A stretch of DNA of 64,000 nucleotides from Octopus vulgaris (GCA_951406725.2 OX597819.1:101184001-101248000); one strand, 5' to 3'. Numbered from the stretch's first letter, positions 38,140-52,748 are shown. Numbers and translations: made by a program. The notes: generated by a model from the sequence alone, not told the origin.

Positions 38140-38399
38140 ATTAACATAGCTTTCTTCCATTGAGAGGCAAAATTGTTTAGACACTTTTGATTGATTGATT
38201 AAATCCCACATTACTGTAGCATATTTTAACTTTTATTCCTCAAAGAAAATATATTCTCTCTGGTGAGATTGTTTTTGGGTATAGAAACCTTTGCACTATT
38301 CCCAGGATTTAATTACCTCATACTGCTTAGTTTGTATCCTTCTCTAAACTCCCGGCAAATCATCACATTCTGGTAAAAGTAGGGTTTCGTCCCAAACCT

Positions 38400-38936
38400 T
38401 TAAAGGAAAGAAAAAGGTCAATAAATACTTGCCATTACATTTTTAATCAAACAAATATGAACCATTTTGTTGTACAATGCGTCTTCATCTTTCCTTTAAC
38501 TTGAAAATATCCCCTTCCCAGACTGAGGTGGTTTCCTGGCAAAGAATTCATTAAGGTATCTTTTTACGTCATCTAAGGAATTGAAATTTTTACCATTAAA
38601 ACTTTTTCTGCAGAGACATGAATAAGTGGAAATTCAAAGGAGCATTATCTGGTGAATATGGAGCGTGGGGTAACACATTCCAGCCGAGCTGCAGCAATTT
38701 TTGTCTGGTTCTCAAATCATCAAGTGCCAAAAATGAACTTTCTTATCTTCCATTTTAAAGGGTTACAAAATTAACACAGGTTATAGGAACATAAACCTTC
38801 TTCCACGAAAAGATAGCTTAAATTATACTCTAAATGGAAGAGTAGTCAAATCCTATTTTATGGACTCAACCTTGTTCTAAAATAAGTCGAAATGTAAGCT
38901 ACTACAAATCGGCACGAACTTTCCGGACAACCCAAT
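38400..38936 (-). mobile_element. Internally deleted mariner (DD34D) transposon relic
   Basis: TIR attgggttgtccggaaagttcgtgccgattt (38906-38936); ATG at 38753 [12 protein letters not shown] joined to [24 protein letters not shown]...QQNGSYLFD* (stop 38443-38445). Confidence 0.88.
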
Positions 38937-39469
38937 CATTTATAAATAACAATAATAACTGCAGTAACAATGATCCTTGTCATCTCGACAAAGCACAATG
39001 CAGGGAGAGGAGGGCTTACTGGCAGTAGTAACGTACGTTATATCGAATTGAGACAACTAAAGTTTCTGCATATATTTTCCTGCTTTAGCTAGTTTAAACA
39101 ATTGTTTTCAAAATGAAATACAACTGAAGAATTACTAATCCAGCAAGTGATATATTTTAGATTTTATAAGTTTTCCATGCTATAAAATATTGTTCCTTTA
39201 TCTACCTATTTTATTGTTTTTCTTTTTACATTATAAATATTCTTTGTATCATTATTATTGTTATGATTGATATTATTCATTTTGTTGTTACCTTTGTTAA
39301 TATTGCGTCTGTGTGTATATGGGCGTCTTCCTTTATTATCGATATTATTTTTATTACAGTGATTAACAAGAAGTGTACTAGTATAACTATTACGACTATT
39401 TGTCTTACCGTCATCATCATTATAATTATTATTACTAGAATGTTTATCACACTTATTATTTTCATTAAT

Positions 39470-40090
<621 letters not shown>

Positions 40091-40793
40091 AATGGTACTA
40101 ATGCTAAAACTATAATCATTCTTATACTCAAGCTATTTTTCCTTTCACAAGGTAGTTGTTATAGATTTTATTGTTTTAAATTTTTCTCTATATTTTTCTG
40201 TTTAATTTTCTGTCACCTTATCTCTCCTGTTTGTTATCGTCATTTCTACAAGTTTTTGTTCAAGTTTTTTCTTCTCCCCGAATTTTATTTATATGTTTTG
40301 TTTATTCGTTCGGAAGTGGATGATGCGAGGGGTAGGCTGAGGTAAGCTTCTTTGTTTACAGATTCTCCCAAATCAAATTTTATATCAGTTCTTTAACAAA
40401 ACATTTTTACGTGGATTGTTTTATTTTTTTTATACTACTTTTTCTTTTTCGTATTTGTTTTTATTCAACTGCAAAATAAATCACAATGCGATTACTGCAC
40501 ATAAACATACACACGTACACACACGTACACACACTTCCACACACACACACTGATACACAGACACAAGCACACACACAGAGGCACACACGCGTATGCATCC
40601 CAAAAACACAAACAAATAAAGGCTTATACACAAACACAAAAGAATAAATGAATACAGATATGTGCATAAATATGTGCATACACATGTATACATATATATA
40701 TATACGCTTGTAAAAACTATATATACCTATACATACACGCATATATACATATATATATAGGTATGTATATATATATATATATGTGTGTGTGTG

Positions 40794-40824
<31 letters not shown>

Positions 40825-41329
40825 ATGTATATATATATATGTGTCTGTGTATATATATATATGCATGTAAGTGTATAATTGTATATGTATATATACATAT
40901 ATATATATACTTATATATGTATATGTATTTATGTATGTATATGTGTATATATATATATATACGCATATGATATGAATATATTTCTTCTTAACAACTATAA
41001 GCAATTAACTATGTTTACATACAAACTAGTATATGTATCTATAGAAATACACAGAAATATTCTCCTATATATACATATATGTATGTATAAGTGCAAAATA
41101 TGCATATATGTGTGAGAGTGTGTGTGGATGTATGTATACTTTGCGTGTGTAATGTATATGTGAGTGCATATAGGTGCTTCTGTTTCTTTTTATTTGCATG
41201 TAATATACGTTTGTTTATTTTAAAGACATTATTTGGCTAGGTAATCAAATTTGTTTCATTTTCTTATTTAAAGAAAAACGAAAATACTATCCATACATGC
41301 AGTAATGACGTTGGTGATATAACAACAAC

Positions 41330-41399
41330 AACAATAACAATAACAATTATACTAATAATAACATTGAAAATAATAAGGATAATTATAATAATAATAATG

Positions 41400-41484
<85 letters not shown>

Positions 41485-41721
41485 TAATAATAATAATAAT
41501 AATAATAACAATGAAAATAATAATGATAAGTGTGATGATGAAAGCAATAATAGTGCTGTTGGTAAATATATTTAATAATAAGAGTGATAATAACAATACT
41601 ATTTAATAACAATGCAAAAACTAAGGTGATGTCAAATGCGGAAAGAAGAAATGTCAAAAGACCTATAAGAATATCAAAACAAGAACAAGTGTCAGTTGTA
41701 ATGATACTTATATGTGACTTC

Positions 41722-41799
<78 letters not shown>

Positions 41800-41839
41800 G
41801 TCGTCGTCGTCGTCGTCGTCGTTGTCATCATCATCATCA

Positions 41840-41872
<33 letters not shown>

Positions 41873-42210
41873 TCGTCATCATCATCATCATCATCGTCGT
41901 CGTCGTCGTCGTCGTCGTCATCGTCGTCATCACCATCATCACAATTATGATTTTAATTATAATTATTGCTGTTCTTGTTATTATTAATGTTATTGTCCTC
42001 TCATTCTTCGCCCTTGTGGCAAATAAATGAAATCATTCTTGTTCTTCTTCTTCTTCTTCTTCTTCTTATTATTATTATTATTATTGTCATTTTCAACATT
42101 ATTTTTATTGTTATTGTTGTTTTTGTCTTATTTTTGTAATTATTACCATTATTGTTAGTAGCAGCAGCATAGTAATAGTAGTAGTAGTGGTGGTGGTTGT
42201 GGTGGTGGTG

Positions 42211-42274
<64 letters not shown>

Positions 42275-42290
42275 CAGCAGCAGCAGCAGT
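41330..42290. repeat. Compound (AAT)n, (CAT)n/(CGT)n, (TTC)n, (TAG)n field
   Basis: Directly visible. Confidence 0.9.
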
Positions 42291-42419
42291 GTTTTTGTTC
42301 TCTTTATTATTACTGTGATTATTTTTCTAATTTTTTTTCAGTATTAAAAGTTTCACGGTTGAAAAGATAAGACTATTTTGATTGCAGAAGTGGGATACAT
42401 AAACGATTGTGATAAAGCG

Positions 42420-42560
42420 TTATCAAAAAATAGCAATATATAAAGGGAGTAAAATCAAATGGCCTAAGAGTGTGACCCCTTATGCAATACCAGTGATCTT
42501 GCTTAAATTTGTATACTAAAGGCAAGAACTCTCTTTCAAATATCCTTCTTAACCCATTAG
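42420..42560 (-). pseudogene. Possible very old LINE RT remnant
   Basis: KITGIA*GVTLLGHLILLPLYI resembles SGVPQGTLLGPLLFIIYI of the CR1-like ORF. Confidence 0.35.
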
Positions 42561-42919
42561 CAAATGCTTCGTTTTACCTCATTCACCGTGTAATACTCAC
42601 TACCAGTATCACCCTCGCAGCAAATTTTCTGGAATGTAGTTTGTCTTTTTTCAATATTATTTACTTATGTAAATGGGATTTTGTAAATTGTAATACTTGA
42701 TATCGGCCTGGTGAAAGAGGAGAAATATCACTCTCCAAATGTTTGTATGCTGGTCAATATAAAACTTTATACAAAATTCTCACGTAGAAGAAAATTGGTT
42801 GCAGCCCCTTCTAAGGAATGATAGAAGGATGATCCACACGATATAGCACACACTTTGCAGCGTTTATCTTACAACTAAAATCAGCTATACAATGTCCCTC
42901 AATGGCGTCATAATAATAC

Positions 42920-43097
42920 TTTCTAATTTTGGCTTAATGCCAGCAATATTTGAAGAGTCAATTACATCGATCCCAGTTTTCAATTGCTACTTATTTTATC
43001 GACCTTGAAAAGATAAATGACAACGTTGACCATGGTTGATTTTGAGCCCAGAACGTAAAGACGGAAGGAATGCCGATAAGCAATTTGCCTAGCATGC
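42920..43097 (-). mobile_element. Degenerate SINE-B relative with alternative 3' tail
   Basis: tacatcgatcccag..tacttattttatcgacc..gaaa.gat..aa and cagaacgtaaagacg match family B; tail differs. Confidence 0.65.
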
Positions 43098-43098
43098 T

Positions 43099-43344
43099 GG
43101 CAGTAGGTCACATGGCATCTGATCTTAACTGATTGGAAATGTTATCATGTTTTATCTTGGTATAAAAGATATGCTACAGCAAATATTCTGCTCAATACCA
43201 GAGATGTGCTTGTCTGTTGCTTAACCTTCACCATTTGGGCATGTCCCTTGTTGACTGACGATATGTGCATCTCTGATCACGAACAATGGTAGTGGGGGAG
43301 CATCATAGCCATGTGTTGAAAGGACGTCTTCGGGGTTTGAATAA
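43099..43344 (+). mobile_element. 5' half of the ~545-bp element
   Basis: Colinear with 22777-23027. Confidence 0.82.
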
Positions 43345-43744
43345 TAGCACGGAGAAGCTGATGTAGCTGCTTCTTCCTCTGGGGATCTCAGTGGTGCACT
43401 GAGATTTATTCGCGAGGGAATTAAGAACTACAACAGCCGTATGCAGGCAAAATAAATATTCATGCAGTACAGAAGATCGCATGACCGTGCTGCTAGCATA
43501 CTACTGAGACACTTTACTGGCCGTGTTTTAAGAGCAATGTTCAAATCAGTAACTATACGATGTATAACTGGAAGTATAAATGAAACAACTACAATATTAA
43601 TATGAATATAATAAGAATAAGCATTATTGTTAAAAGAAATTACTGTTATTGATATGTCTATCAGCGTTAACATCATCATCATCATCATTATTATTATTAT
43701 TATTATTATTTTATTAATATACTATCTCGTAACCGGGATCATAA

Positions 43745-43903
43745 TGAAGAAGAAGGATGAGGAGGAGGAGGAGGAGGAGGTGGTGGTGGGGATAGGAAGG
43801 AGGAGAAGGAGAAGAAGAAGAAGAAGAAGAAGAAGAAGAAGAAGAAGAAGAAGAAGAAGAAGAAGAAGAAGAAGAAGAAGAAGAGGATGATTAAGAAGAA
43901 GAT

Positions 43904-43934
<31 letters not shown>

Positions 43935-43990
43935 AAGAAGAAGAAGAAGAAGAAGAAGAAGAAGAAGAAGAAGAAGAAGAAGAAGAAGAA
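43745..43990. repeat. (GAA)n/(GAG)n purine tract
   Basis: Directly visible. Confidence 0.95.
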
Positions 43991-44750
43991 TGGTAAGACT
44001 AAATTCATCTACGAAGTTCCTCCAAAGTCATCAGAGATCATATTCTTGAAATGTTCCCGCTTCAGCATCTCTTCAGTATTGGATGTATTATTAATGTAAT
44101 CTTTGTAGTGAAAAAAAGGTGGCTTCACAGCCAGTGTGACATTTACGTCAGAAAGGTGATTTGTAATGATACAAAATGTGAAGAAAGCAAGACCTGTGTG
44201 ATTAAAACTGTGTAAATGTGAAAAAATCAAATGAATATTTTTAAAGGAATCGGAAATACATTTGAAAAATCTTTTACTATTACTCGTATTCTCTCTGCAA
44301 TTGATATCTTTCAGATACCAGTGATAATATTTCTCTACATCATAAACTACTCAACCGTAATCCGAGAAACCAAAGGAAACAATCAATACTAAACATGTTA
44401 TTCCTCAGTGAACGACTAAACAAATCATGTAGATAGTAGTCATTATGAAGCAACTTCAAGAGAGGCTCGGATACTTCTGACTGACGAGGTTCAACATAGC
44501 AAAATACTTCTGCTCCGAAATACCGTGCGCGAATGCACCGTGTTTGTTGAACGTACTGCCGTCGTAAAAGGGAGAGGTTATTTTACGATGACGTACGCTA
44601 CATTATTGTATCACGCAAAGTAAAAACCTGCTAAGCGACCTAGGTGACTGATTTACTATACAGCGTAGCAAATCATTTATATCTCCTCAATAAAATTTTC
44701 TCAAGGAACTAGAATGCATTTAGATCGAATTTTATCGAAATGTAGAGGAG

Positions 44751-44827
<77 letters not shown>

Positions 44828-45085
44828 TTGTGTGTATGTGCGTGTGGTGGGGTGTTTACCGTGTCATTCTTTTTAAATTGGTTGCTATTTCCTAGCATAT
44901 ATCTTTCAACTCAGTCCTGGTTCGTTGTGTGTTTGTGTGAATAATCTCTATTTCTATGTATTTATTACACTTATGCACATTTATGTATATATGTACATAA
45001 ATGCATATATATATGTAAGTATATATATGTATATATAGATATTTATATGTGTATGTGCGTGTGTTTCTGTATGTATATTATTCGA

Positions 45086-45172
<87 letters not shown>

Positions 45173-45349
45173 GCATGCATACATTTATATATGTATATAT
45201 AATACGACAAGTCCTTCTAGGTATGCATAAATCTCTGTTAATGTGTTACTTTCATCGCGCGGAATATGCTGTCACTTATAATGATAAGTAAGTGATAATC
45301 AATGTACACATTTAAACGTGCAAACACACAAATACATTCAATCAAGTGC

Positions 45350-45386
<37 letters not shown>

Positions 45387-45602
45387 CACAAATACCAGGA
45401 TAGTCTTACATACATGGAGATACGTGTATATATACATTATATATTTACACGTCTCTGTATGTGTATGCATATATATATACGTGCATATATGTGTAGATGT
45501 ATATGTAGATGAATAAATATATGTAGTTATACACATATATTTACATACACACACATATATTTACATACATATTCATAAACACATTAACTCTCTTATAAAT
45601 AT

Positions 45603-45700
<98 letters not shown>

Positions 45701-46489
45701 GGATATATATATATGCATGTATATATGTATATATATATGTATATATGTATATTTGTCAACATCAACCACGGTTCCTATCAATTTCCTTACCATTATTAGA
45801 GCTTCTATCGGCCGTTTCTGCTTCTTTCTCTCTTTCATACCGTGATTTATTTTCAACATTGTATGGGTTTTGTTTTTGCTGCTGTTATCTCTTAAGTAGA
45901 GTCCTAATTGTTCTCTTATATTGTTGTTGTTGTTCTTCTTCTCGTCGTCGTTCTTCTTATGCTGTCGTTCATATTGTTCTTTTTTTGTATTTCTTTTTTT
46001 TCAAGCTGCTGCTAGTTATCATTTTTAAGTCTTACACTTCGTTTTAATGCTGTTCCAATATGAATGCCTCACTATGTTGTTTTTTTTTTTTTATGAAGAT
46101 TATGACTTTAGTGATGATACTTACGATGTTGCTGATGCTACTGCTGCTGCAGCTGATGGTATTGGTGTTGGTGTTGGTGGTGGTGCTTGTGATGCTGATG
46201 GTAATCGTTGTGACGATGGTGGTGTTTGTAGCGTTTTTATTGTCGTTGATCCTGTTTCGTTGCTGCTTTTCATTAAATCTTTCGTTTTGTTTCTGTTGTG
46301 ACTCTAGTTATTATAGTATTGTAGTAGATTAGTGATTATAATTTTTCTTCCAGTCACCATCATAGATGTGAAGCTTAGTTTCGCTGATATTTTTTTTTCT
46401 CCTTTTGTCACAGTCACTATCTTCACTATTGTTATTGTTTTGTTTTATATTATTGTTATTGTCATCATTATTATTCGACTTCTCATCGG

Positions 46490-46562
46490 TTTCGTTTATT
46501 ATTATTATTGTTTTCATCATCATCACCATCATCATCATCTTCATCATCATCATCACCACCAC

Positions 46563-46597
<35 letters not shown>

Positions 46598-46852
46598 CCT
46601 GCACCACCACCTTCATCATCATCATCATCATCACCACCATCATCATCATCATCATCATCATCTTCATCATTATCATCATCATTAATATTATTACTATTAT
46701 CATTATTATTATAAATGATAATATTATTATTATTATCATTATCATCATCATTATCATTACTACTATTATTATTAATAATAATAATAATAATGATATTATT
46801 ATTATCATGTTCCTTATCATTATTATTATTATTATTATTATTATTGTTATTA

Positions 46853-46905
<53 letters not shown>

Positions 46906-46945
46906 GTTGTTGTTGTTATTATCATCATCATCATCATCATCATCA

Positions 46946-47013
<68 letters not shown>

Positions 47014-47100
47014 GTTATTATTATTATTATTATTATCCTCCTCATCATCTTCATCATCATCATTATCATTATTGTTATTATTATTGTTTTTATTATTATA
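46490..47100. repeat. Compound (CAT)n/(TAT)n tract
   Basis: Directly visible. Confidence 0.95.
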
Positions 47101-47581
47101 GCTATGTTTCCAAACACAGTTGCCATTCAAAAAGTCGTGTACGTTATATCTCATTGGCCAATACACCGTTATCATTTTTTTCATTGTCATTTCTGATCTT
47201 ACTGCATTTATTGTTGTTGTTAATGTCGTTGTTCTCATGTTTGTTTCCTGATCCAATTCTGATATGTATCTATTTATAATCACTATTTCAGTTGTTGTTG
47301 TGGATATTGTTTTTGTTGCTGTTGTTGTTGTTGTTGTTGTTGTTGTTCTTGTTCTTGTTGTTGTTCTTGTTCTTGTTCTTGTTAAACATTAAACACCAGG
47401 TCGTCTTTCAATTGAACAAAAGCATCCGAGTAGTAGACCAACTTATGTTTTTGATATATGTATGACTTCCTACAGAATGTGTTTATAACGAATAATACCA
47501 CCTCAGACAAAGAGATCTCATAACAACAAATGAATCAGTTCCGGTGTAGCGGGAGAGATGCGTATTCGTGTGTGAGTGTGA

Positions 47582-47622
<41 letters not shown>

Positions 47623-48339
47623 TGTGTGTGTGTGTGTGTGTGTGTATGTGTGTGTGTGTGCGCGTGTGTGTTTCTGTGTGAGAGAGAGAGAGAGAGAATA
47701 ATGATAGTGCACTGCTGAAGTGGTCAATTTTCTTAGCTGTAGTTGAACGGCGTAGGTTCTTGTTGCCACTTGACTTTAACTGCGTCATGGTGAATGGTCA
47801 AGTACTAAATGAAGCTACTATATATATATCCAAGGTCTATCAACAACAAGGCGCCAAAGACTAAATCGTTAATGACATTTTCGTTTGTTATTTACCAAAT
47901 CATTTTTACAAAAATTCGAATTCTAATGACTCAAGCATTTACTGGTTTTATTATATTTTTCTTGGTCAACATGCTACAAATATAAACAAGTTATTAATGT
48001 TCCAATCAGTGAACTGAATTGTTTGTCGCTACATGACATCATCAATCCTCAGCTGAACACTTATCTTTAATTTCACATTTTAACACAATGATGTCGGTTT
48101 CAATTCATTGGTAGTATGTCGCTGTTTGTGACATTTCTTCATTTTGGCAGCTGTAGTGTATGTTATTACAAACAGTTAGAATAACTCAATAAAGGCCGCA
48201 CAAGAGAGGTGGTTAGCAGAATAAAATGACGATCGGAGTAAATGCCATATGATATTGAAAAGTGCTCAATTTATGAGCATACATACACATGCAAACACAC
48301 ATCTACCTATGTATGTATGTATGTATGTATGTATCTATG

Positions 48340-48407
<68 letters not shown>

Positions 48408-48484
48408 ATATCAATACAGTTATATGTGTATTATATGTGTGTATACAGAAACATTTATACACACACACACGCACACACACATAA

Positions 48485-48535
<51 letters not shown>

Positions 48536-48539
<4 letters not shown>

Positions 48540-51371
48540 ATACTTTGATACTTTGATAGGTTTCGGCCATTATTGGCCCAGGCCATGTCTAACTTAATAG
48601 CACCACCTGGTGAAGTCTTTCAAGTCAGAATTTGGGCACTATGGCCCACTCAAGTAGAGAGTTATTGTTTACAGAGACATATCCGGGAGTAGGGGGTTTA
48701 TCCGGGATTTCTTGAAGGAATCTGTCCAAAGACTTCTTGAACCCTATAGGGTCAGTTTCTGTTTTAATGTGTTTTGGTGTAATGTTAAAGAGAGCGGGGC
48801 CAATTGAGGTGAAATAATTGTGCCGTATTGTTGTTATGAGATGAGAGTGCGATTTTTGTTTTGGGTGGATGGCACGGGGCCCAAGCCTTGGATGTACCTT
48901 AAAGGTGATGCCAACATCATTTGGGCAATGCTGATGGAATATTTTCCACATCATGCAGATGATGTAGCGCTCACGACGACGTTGGAGAGAATAAAGTTTT
49001 AGCTTTTCTAGTCGACCCCAATAGTCGAGGCCTGTCATGTCATCTATCTTTTTTGTGATTGCCCTTTGAGGTGCTTCAACTTTTATGATACCTTCTATTG
49101 TGTGGGGAGACCACAGTGGACAACAGTATTCAAGGTGGGGTCGGGCAAAAGTGGAGAAGAGAAGGATAATGGTGTGGATATCTCTCGACTGGAAAGTTCT
49201 GAGAATCCAGGAACACATTCTGCGGGCCATGTCAACTTTGGTGTTTATATGAGTGGTCCAGCTTATGTTGTTGTCCACAATTACTCCCAAGTCTCTGATG
49301 TTGTTGGACGCCGCGAGAGTTTCACCTGAAGGAAGGGAGTATGGGAGTTTCAGGGCATCCTCTTTTCCAAAGTGGATTAACTCAAATTTATCCTCGTTCA
49401 GCAGCATATTGTTTTTTTCTGCCCATTGGATAACATCCAGTAGATCTGACTGAAGGCATGTCCGGTCACTCGCCTCATTTATGACCTTCTGTAGCTTGGA
49501 ATCATCTGCAAAAATTTTTATGTTGCTGTGCTTGATGATGTCATTAATGTCATTAATGTAAATGATGAAAAGAAGTGGGCCCAGCAGAGTGCCTTGCGGA
49601 ACGCCACTACTGACTTTGGCTGGGCTTGATTTTACCCCTTCAACTACAACATGCTGAGATCTGTCTGTCAGGAAACACTTGATCCATTTCAGTAACTTTC
49701 CAGAGACACCAATGTTGGATAGTTTTTTCAATAGGATCTTGTGATCGACCCTGTCGAAGGCCGTACTGAAATCAAGGTAGATGACATCGGTGTTGGAGCC
49801 CTCTCCCAAAGCTCTCAAAATGTCATCAAAGTGATACAGGAGCTGCGTTAGGCAGTCCCTTCCATTACGGAACCCATGTTGGTTGGAGATCAGTCGTCTG
49901 TTGCTTTCCAGAAATTGGGTTATTCGAGATCTCACCACCCTCTCAAATACCTTGATGATATGAGAGGTGAGTGAGATCGGACGGTAGTTCACTGCAAGGG
50001 ACTTGTTTCCCTTTTTGAAAACTGGGACAACAGACTGGGACAGAAGGTTTTTTGGAATATAGCCAGCATCCAGTGAGTTTCTCCACAGATTAGCAAGGGG
50101 AGATGCAAGTTGGTATCGACACACCTTCAGGACACAAGCAGGGAACCTATCGGGGCCTACTGCTGAATTGTGTTTTATTTCGTTTATCGCCGCTAAGACA
50201 TCAGGGGCACTAAACATTATGTCCGATATAGTGTGTTGGGGGTTGACATCACTGATATAGCCCAGATCGGCCATATCAGGATTGCTGAAAACAGAGCAAT
50301 ATTGTTTCTGCAGTATCTCGGCCATGGATTTGGCATTATCTTGGAGAGTGCCAGTTTCATCAATTAGAGGGCCAACAATGGAGACAGTGACCCTGCGTTT
50401 CCTCGCAAATGAAAAGAACACTTTGGGGTTGAGTTTGATTTTTTCAAAGGCCCACTTCTCCTCAGCTGATCTTTGGTTATTGATGAGGGTCTTCATGCAT
50501 TGTTGGAAGTTATATTTTTTTGATTCAAGCAGTGCGATAGCCGTCGAATGTGTGTGTTGCTGTTGGCAGTACTTTAGTTTGTTAATTTTTTTGTTTGTTC
50601 TTTTTATTTTTCTGATAATGGTTTTTCTGTTTTGGGGGATTCTGCACTTTTTGTTCACAGGTCTTGGTGGGGAGTGTTTTGCACATATGTCTGTGACGGT
50701 GTCTACAAAGATCTGCCAAGATGTTTTATGGTTGGTGGAGATGTGTGTATGTGTAAAGGACCAGTCAACATGTGATAGCTCGTTTCTGATTGCATCCCAG
50801 TTGGCATTATGGAGATCCATGTTGTCAAATGGGTGGGCTGGAGGGAGGTCACTAGGATTAGCTTTCGGCTGGTGGAATTTCATGTTACAGAGAACCATGT
50901 CATGGTCTGAAAGAAGGGTTTTTTCCACTGTAACGTTATGTATAGTGTTAGTGTGGTTACTAAAGACTAGGTCCAAGATGTTCTGATGTCTTGTTGGTGC
51001 AAGGACAAGTTGGGACAAGAAAAACTTATTCGTAAAGTCGAAAAGTGACTCTGCTGCTTCTTTGTCAGCGGTTGAGGCGGGAGTGCTTGGTTTCAAACAG
51101 TTTGTAGTCCAGTCAACACAGGGTAGATTGAAGTCTCCCATCATGAGTAGGTTGCTAGAATGGCACTGTTGAATAAAGCACTTAATGCTGTTGAGGCATT
51201 CTTTAAAGCACAGTATGGGTGTTTGGGGCGGCCTATAGAGCCCAATTACTGTCAGGTCATTGGCTTTGTTGTGCACGGTCACTGATTCACAGTAGCCGTT
51301 GGAGAATATACTATTTCCATCTGCCGTAAACGAATCATGCAGGAAAATGGCAGTTCCACCCTTCCTCCTGC

Positions 51372-51373
<2 letters not shown>
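48536..51373 (-). mobile_element. CR1-clade LINE, 5'-truncated, inserted in (TA)n
   Basis: APE+RT ORF; ~90-nt 3'UTR with stem-loop ggcca-ataa-tggcc and 8-mer tail (GTATCAAA) about x3; (TA)n on both sides. Confidence 0.9.
48625..51372 (-). CDS. LINE ORF2 (partial APE endonuclease + reverse transcriptase); frame open up to the truncation point, no native start codon
   Basis: EN motifs RRKGGTAIF, GLYRPP, MGDFN, PTR..NILDLVF, SDH; RT motifs NYRPISLT, QHGFR, YLDFSTAFDRVDH, GVPQGTLLGPLLF, FADD, RDLGV; frame extends 30 codons upstream of the track start at 51282. Confidence 0.93.
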
Positions 51374-51427
<54 letters not shown>

Positions 51428-51453
51428 TATAATCATACATACTTACAAAAATA

Positions 51454-51654
51454 CGAGGGTGTGCAGAAAAGTTACTGACGTGAAGGATATTGCGAAAAGC
51501 CTGGTTAGGATCCCAACATTCCGAGTTCTTTTAAAGTGCTCAGAAATACTGCTGCAATAAGGGTGTGAATCTGAGAGGGGAAATATGTTGAGTAAAATCA
51601 TAATTTACTGTATTTTCTTGTAATCAAAGCAAGGAATTCTTCAGCATTCCCTCG
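51454..51654 (+). mobile_element. Mariner-derived MITE, complete, with TA target-site duplication
   Basis: TA|cgagggtgtgcagaaaagtt ... aattcttcagcattccctcg|TA; retains a transposase C-terminal remnant (VNLRG.YVE*). Confidence 0.85.
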
Positions 51655-51678
51655 TATAATCATTGATATGCCTCACTT

Positions 51679-51729
<51 letters not shown>

Positions 51730-52268
51730 GACCTTCCTTGTTTCTCGCCCTCTCTCCCTCTCTCTACATCTTTTCTTCACCTGTACTATAACTGTTATTC
51801 ATTATCCATCGACATTCTCTTTCGTCCTTTCCGGACCGGTAAATTAAGTCCCCCGAAATTTCAGGCCTCGTGCGTTGTGGCATTTCAGTCCTCGTGCGTT
51901 GTGGCATTTCGTTCGTCATTGTATTCTGAGTTCAACTTCCACTGTGGTCGACTTTGCGATTCAGCAATTTGCCACTGGAAGAATCATACAGTATTTTGCG
52001 AGTGGAATGCGTTTTCATCACTTGCTTGTGATTAACACATGCCGAGGACGGGTAACCAACCAGAAACTCGATTCCAAGTGTATCACTTAAGGCAAGAGAT
52101 GTAAGCGAGGATCTCCCCTCGTAGATACTAATCGGACACAGAATGTGTGTCGTTAGCCTCCTGGCAGAGATGTCTTTCTGGAGCTATAAACGTCAGTATC
52201 ACTGTCCTGTATAGGGGGCCACACTTGGTTGGCAGTTATATGATTTATATATATATATACACACACAC

Positions 52269-52318
<50 letters not shown>

Positions 52319-52387
52319 GTATGTGTGTGTGTGTATGTATATATATATATATGTATGTATGTATGTATGTACATTTCCTCATTTGAT

Positions 52388-52748
52388 TCTTTTAGTCATT
52401 AGAGTGCGATGATGCTAGCGCATCAGCTTTAAGAAATTTTCATCGAACCAATCGACGTTTTTATGCGTATTATTTATTCTGTCGGGCTCCTTTTGCCCAG
52501 TTGCTTGGTTACGTGGACGTCATCACACCAATGCCAGTCGTCGAGTTGTGTGGGGTCAAACACAACTACAAAGAGAGAGACACATACAACACACACACAC
52601 GCACGCACACACACATGTATGATATATACGACGTGCTTCTTTCAGTTTCCGCCTACTAAATCCACTCATAGGTTTTTGGGCTCGAAGATGTGCCATGCGA
52701 CGCTTGCGACTGAACCTTGAAGCATATGGTTTGGATGCAAACTTCTTA
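52388..52748 (-). mobile_element. Degenerate SINE family A
   Basis: cttctttcagtttccgcctactaaatccactca and internal (CA)n, colinear with 8402-8826. Confidence 0.72.

Noticed and set aside
44553-44596. cgtcgtaaaa/ttttacgatg hairpin as terminator or Helitron end
   Set aside because: No U-tract or CTRR terminus, and intrinsic terminators are not expected in this genome.
46329-47283. 263-266-aa ORFs on both strands
   Set aside because: (CAT)n/(TAT)n artefacts.
48558-48590. ggcc...ggcc-gaaac as hammerhead helix II
   Set aside because: No upstream CUGANGA; better explained as the LINE 3' recognition stem-loop.
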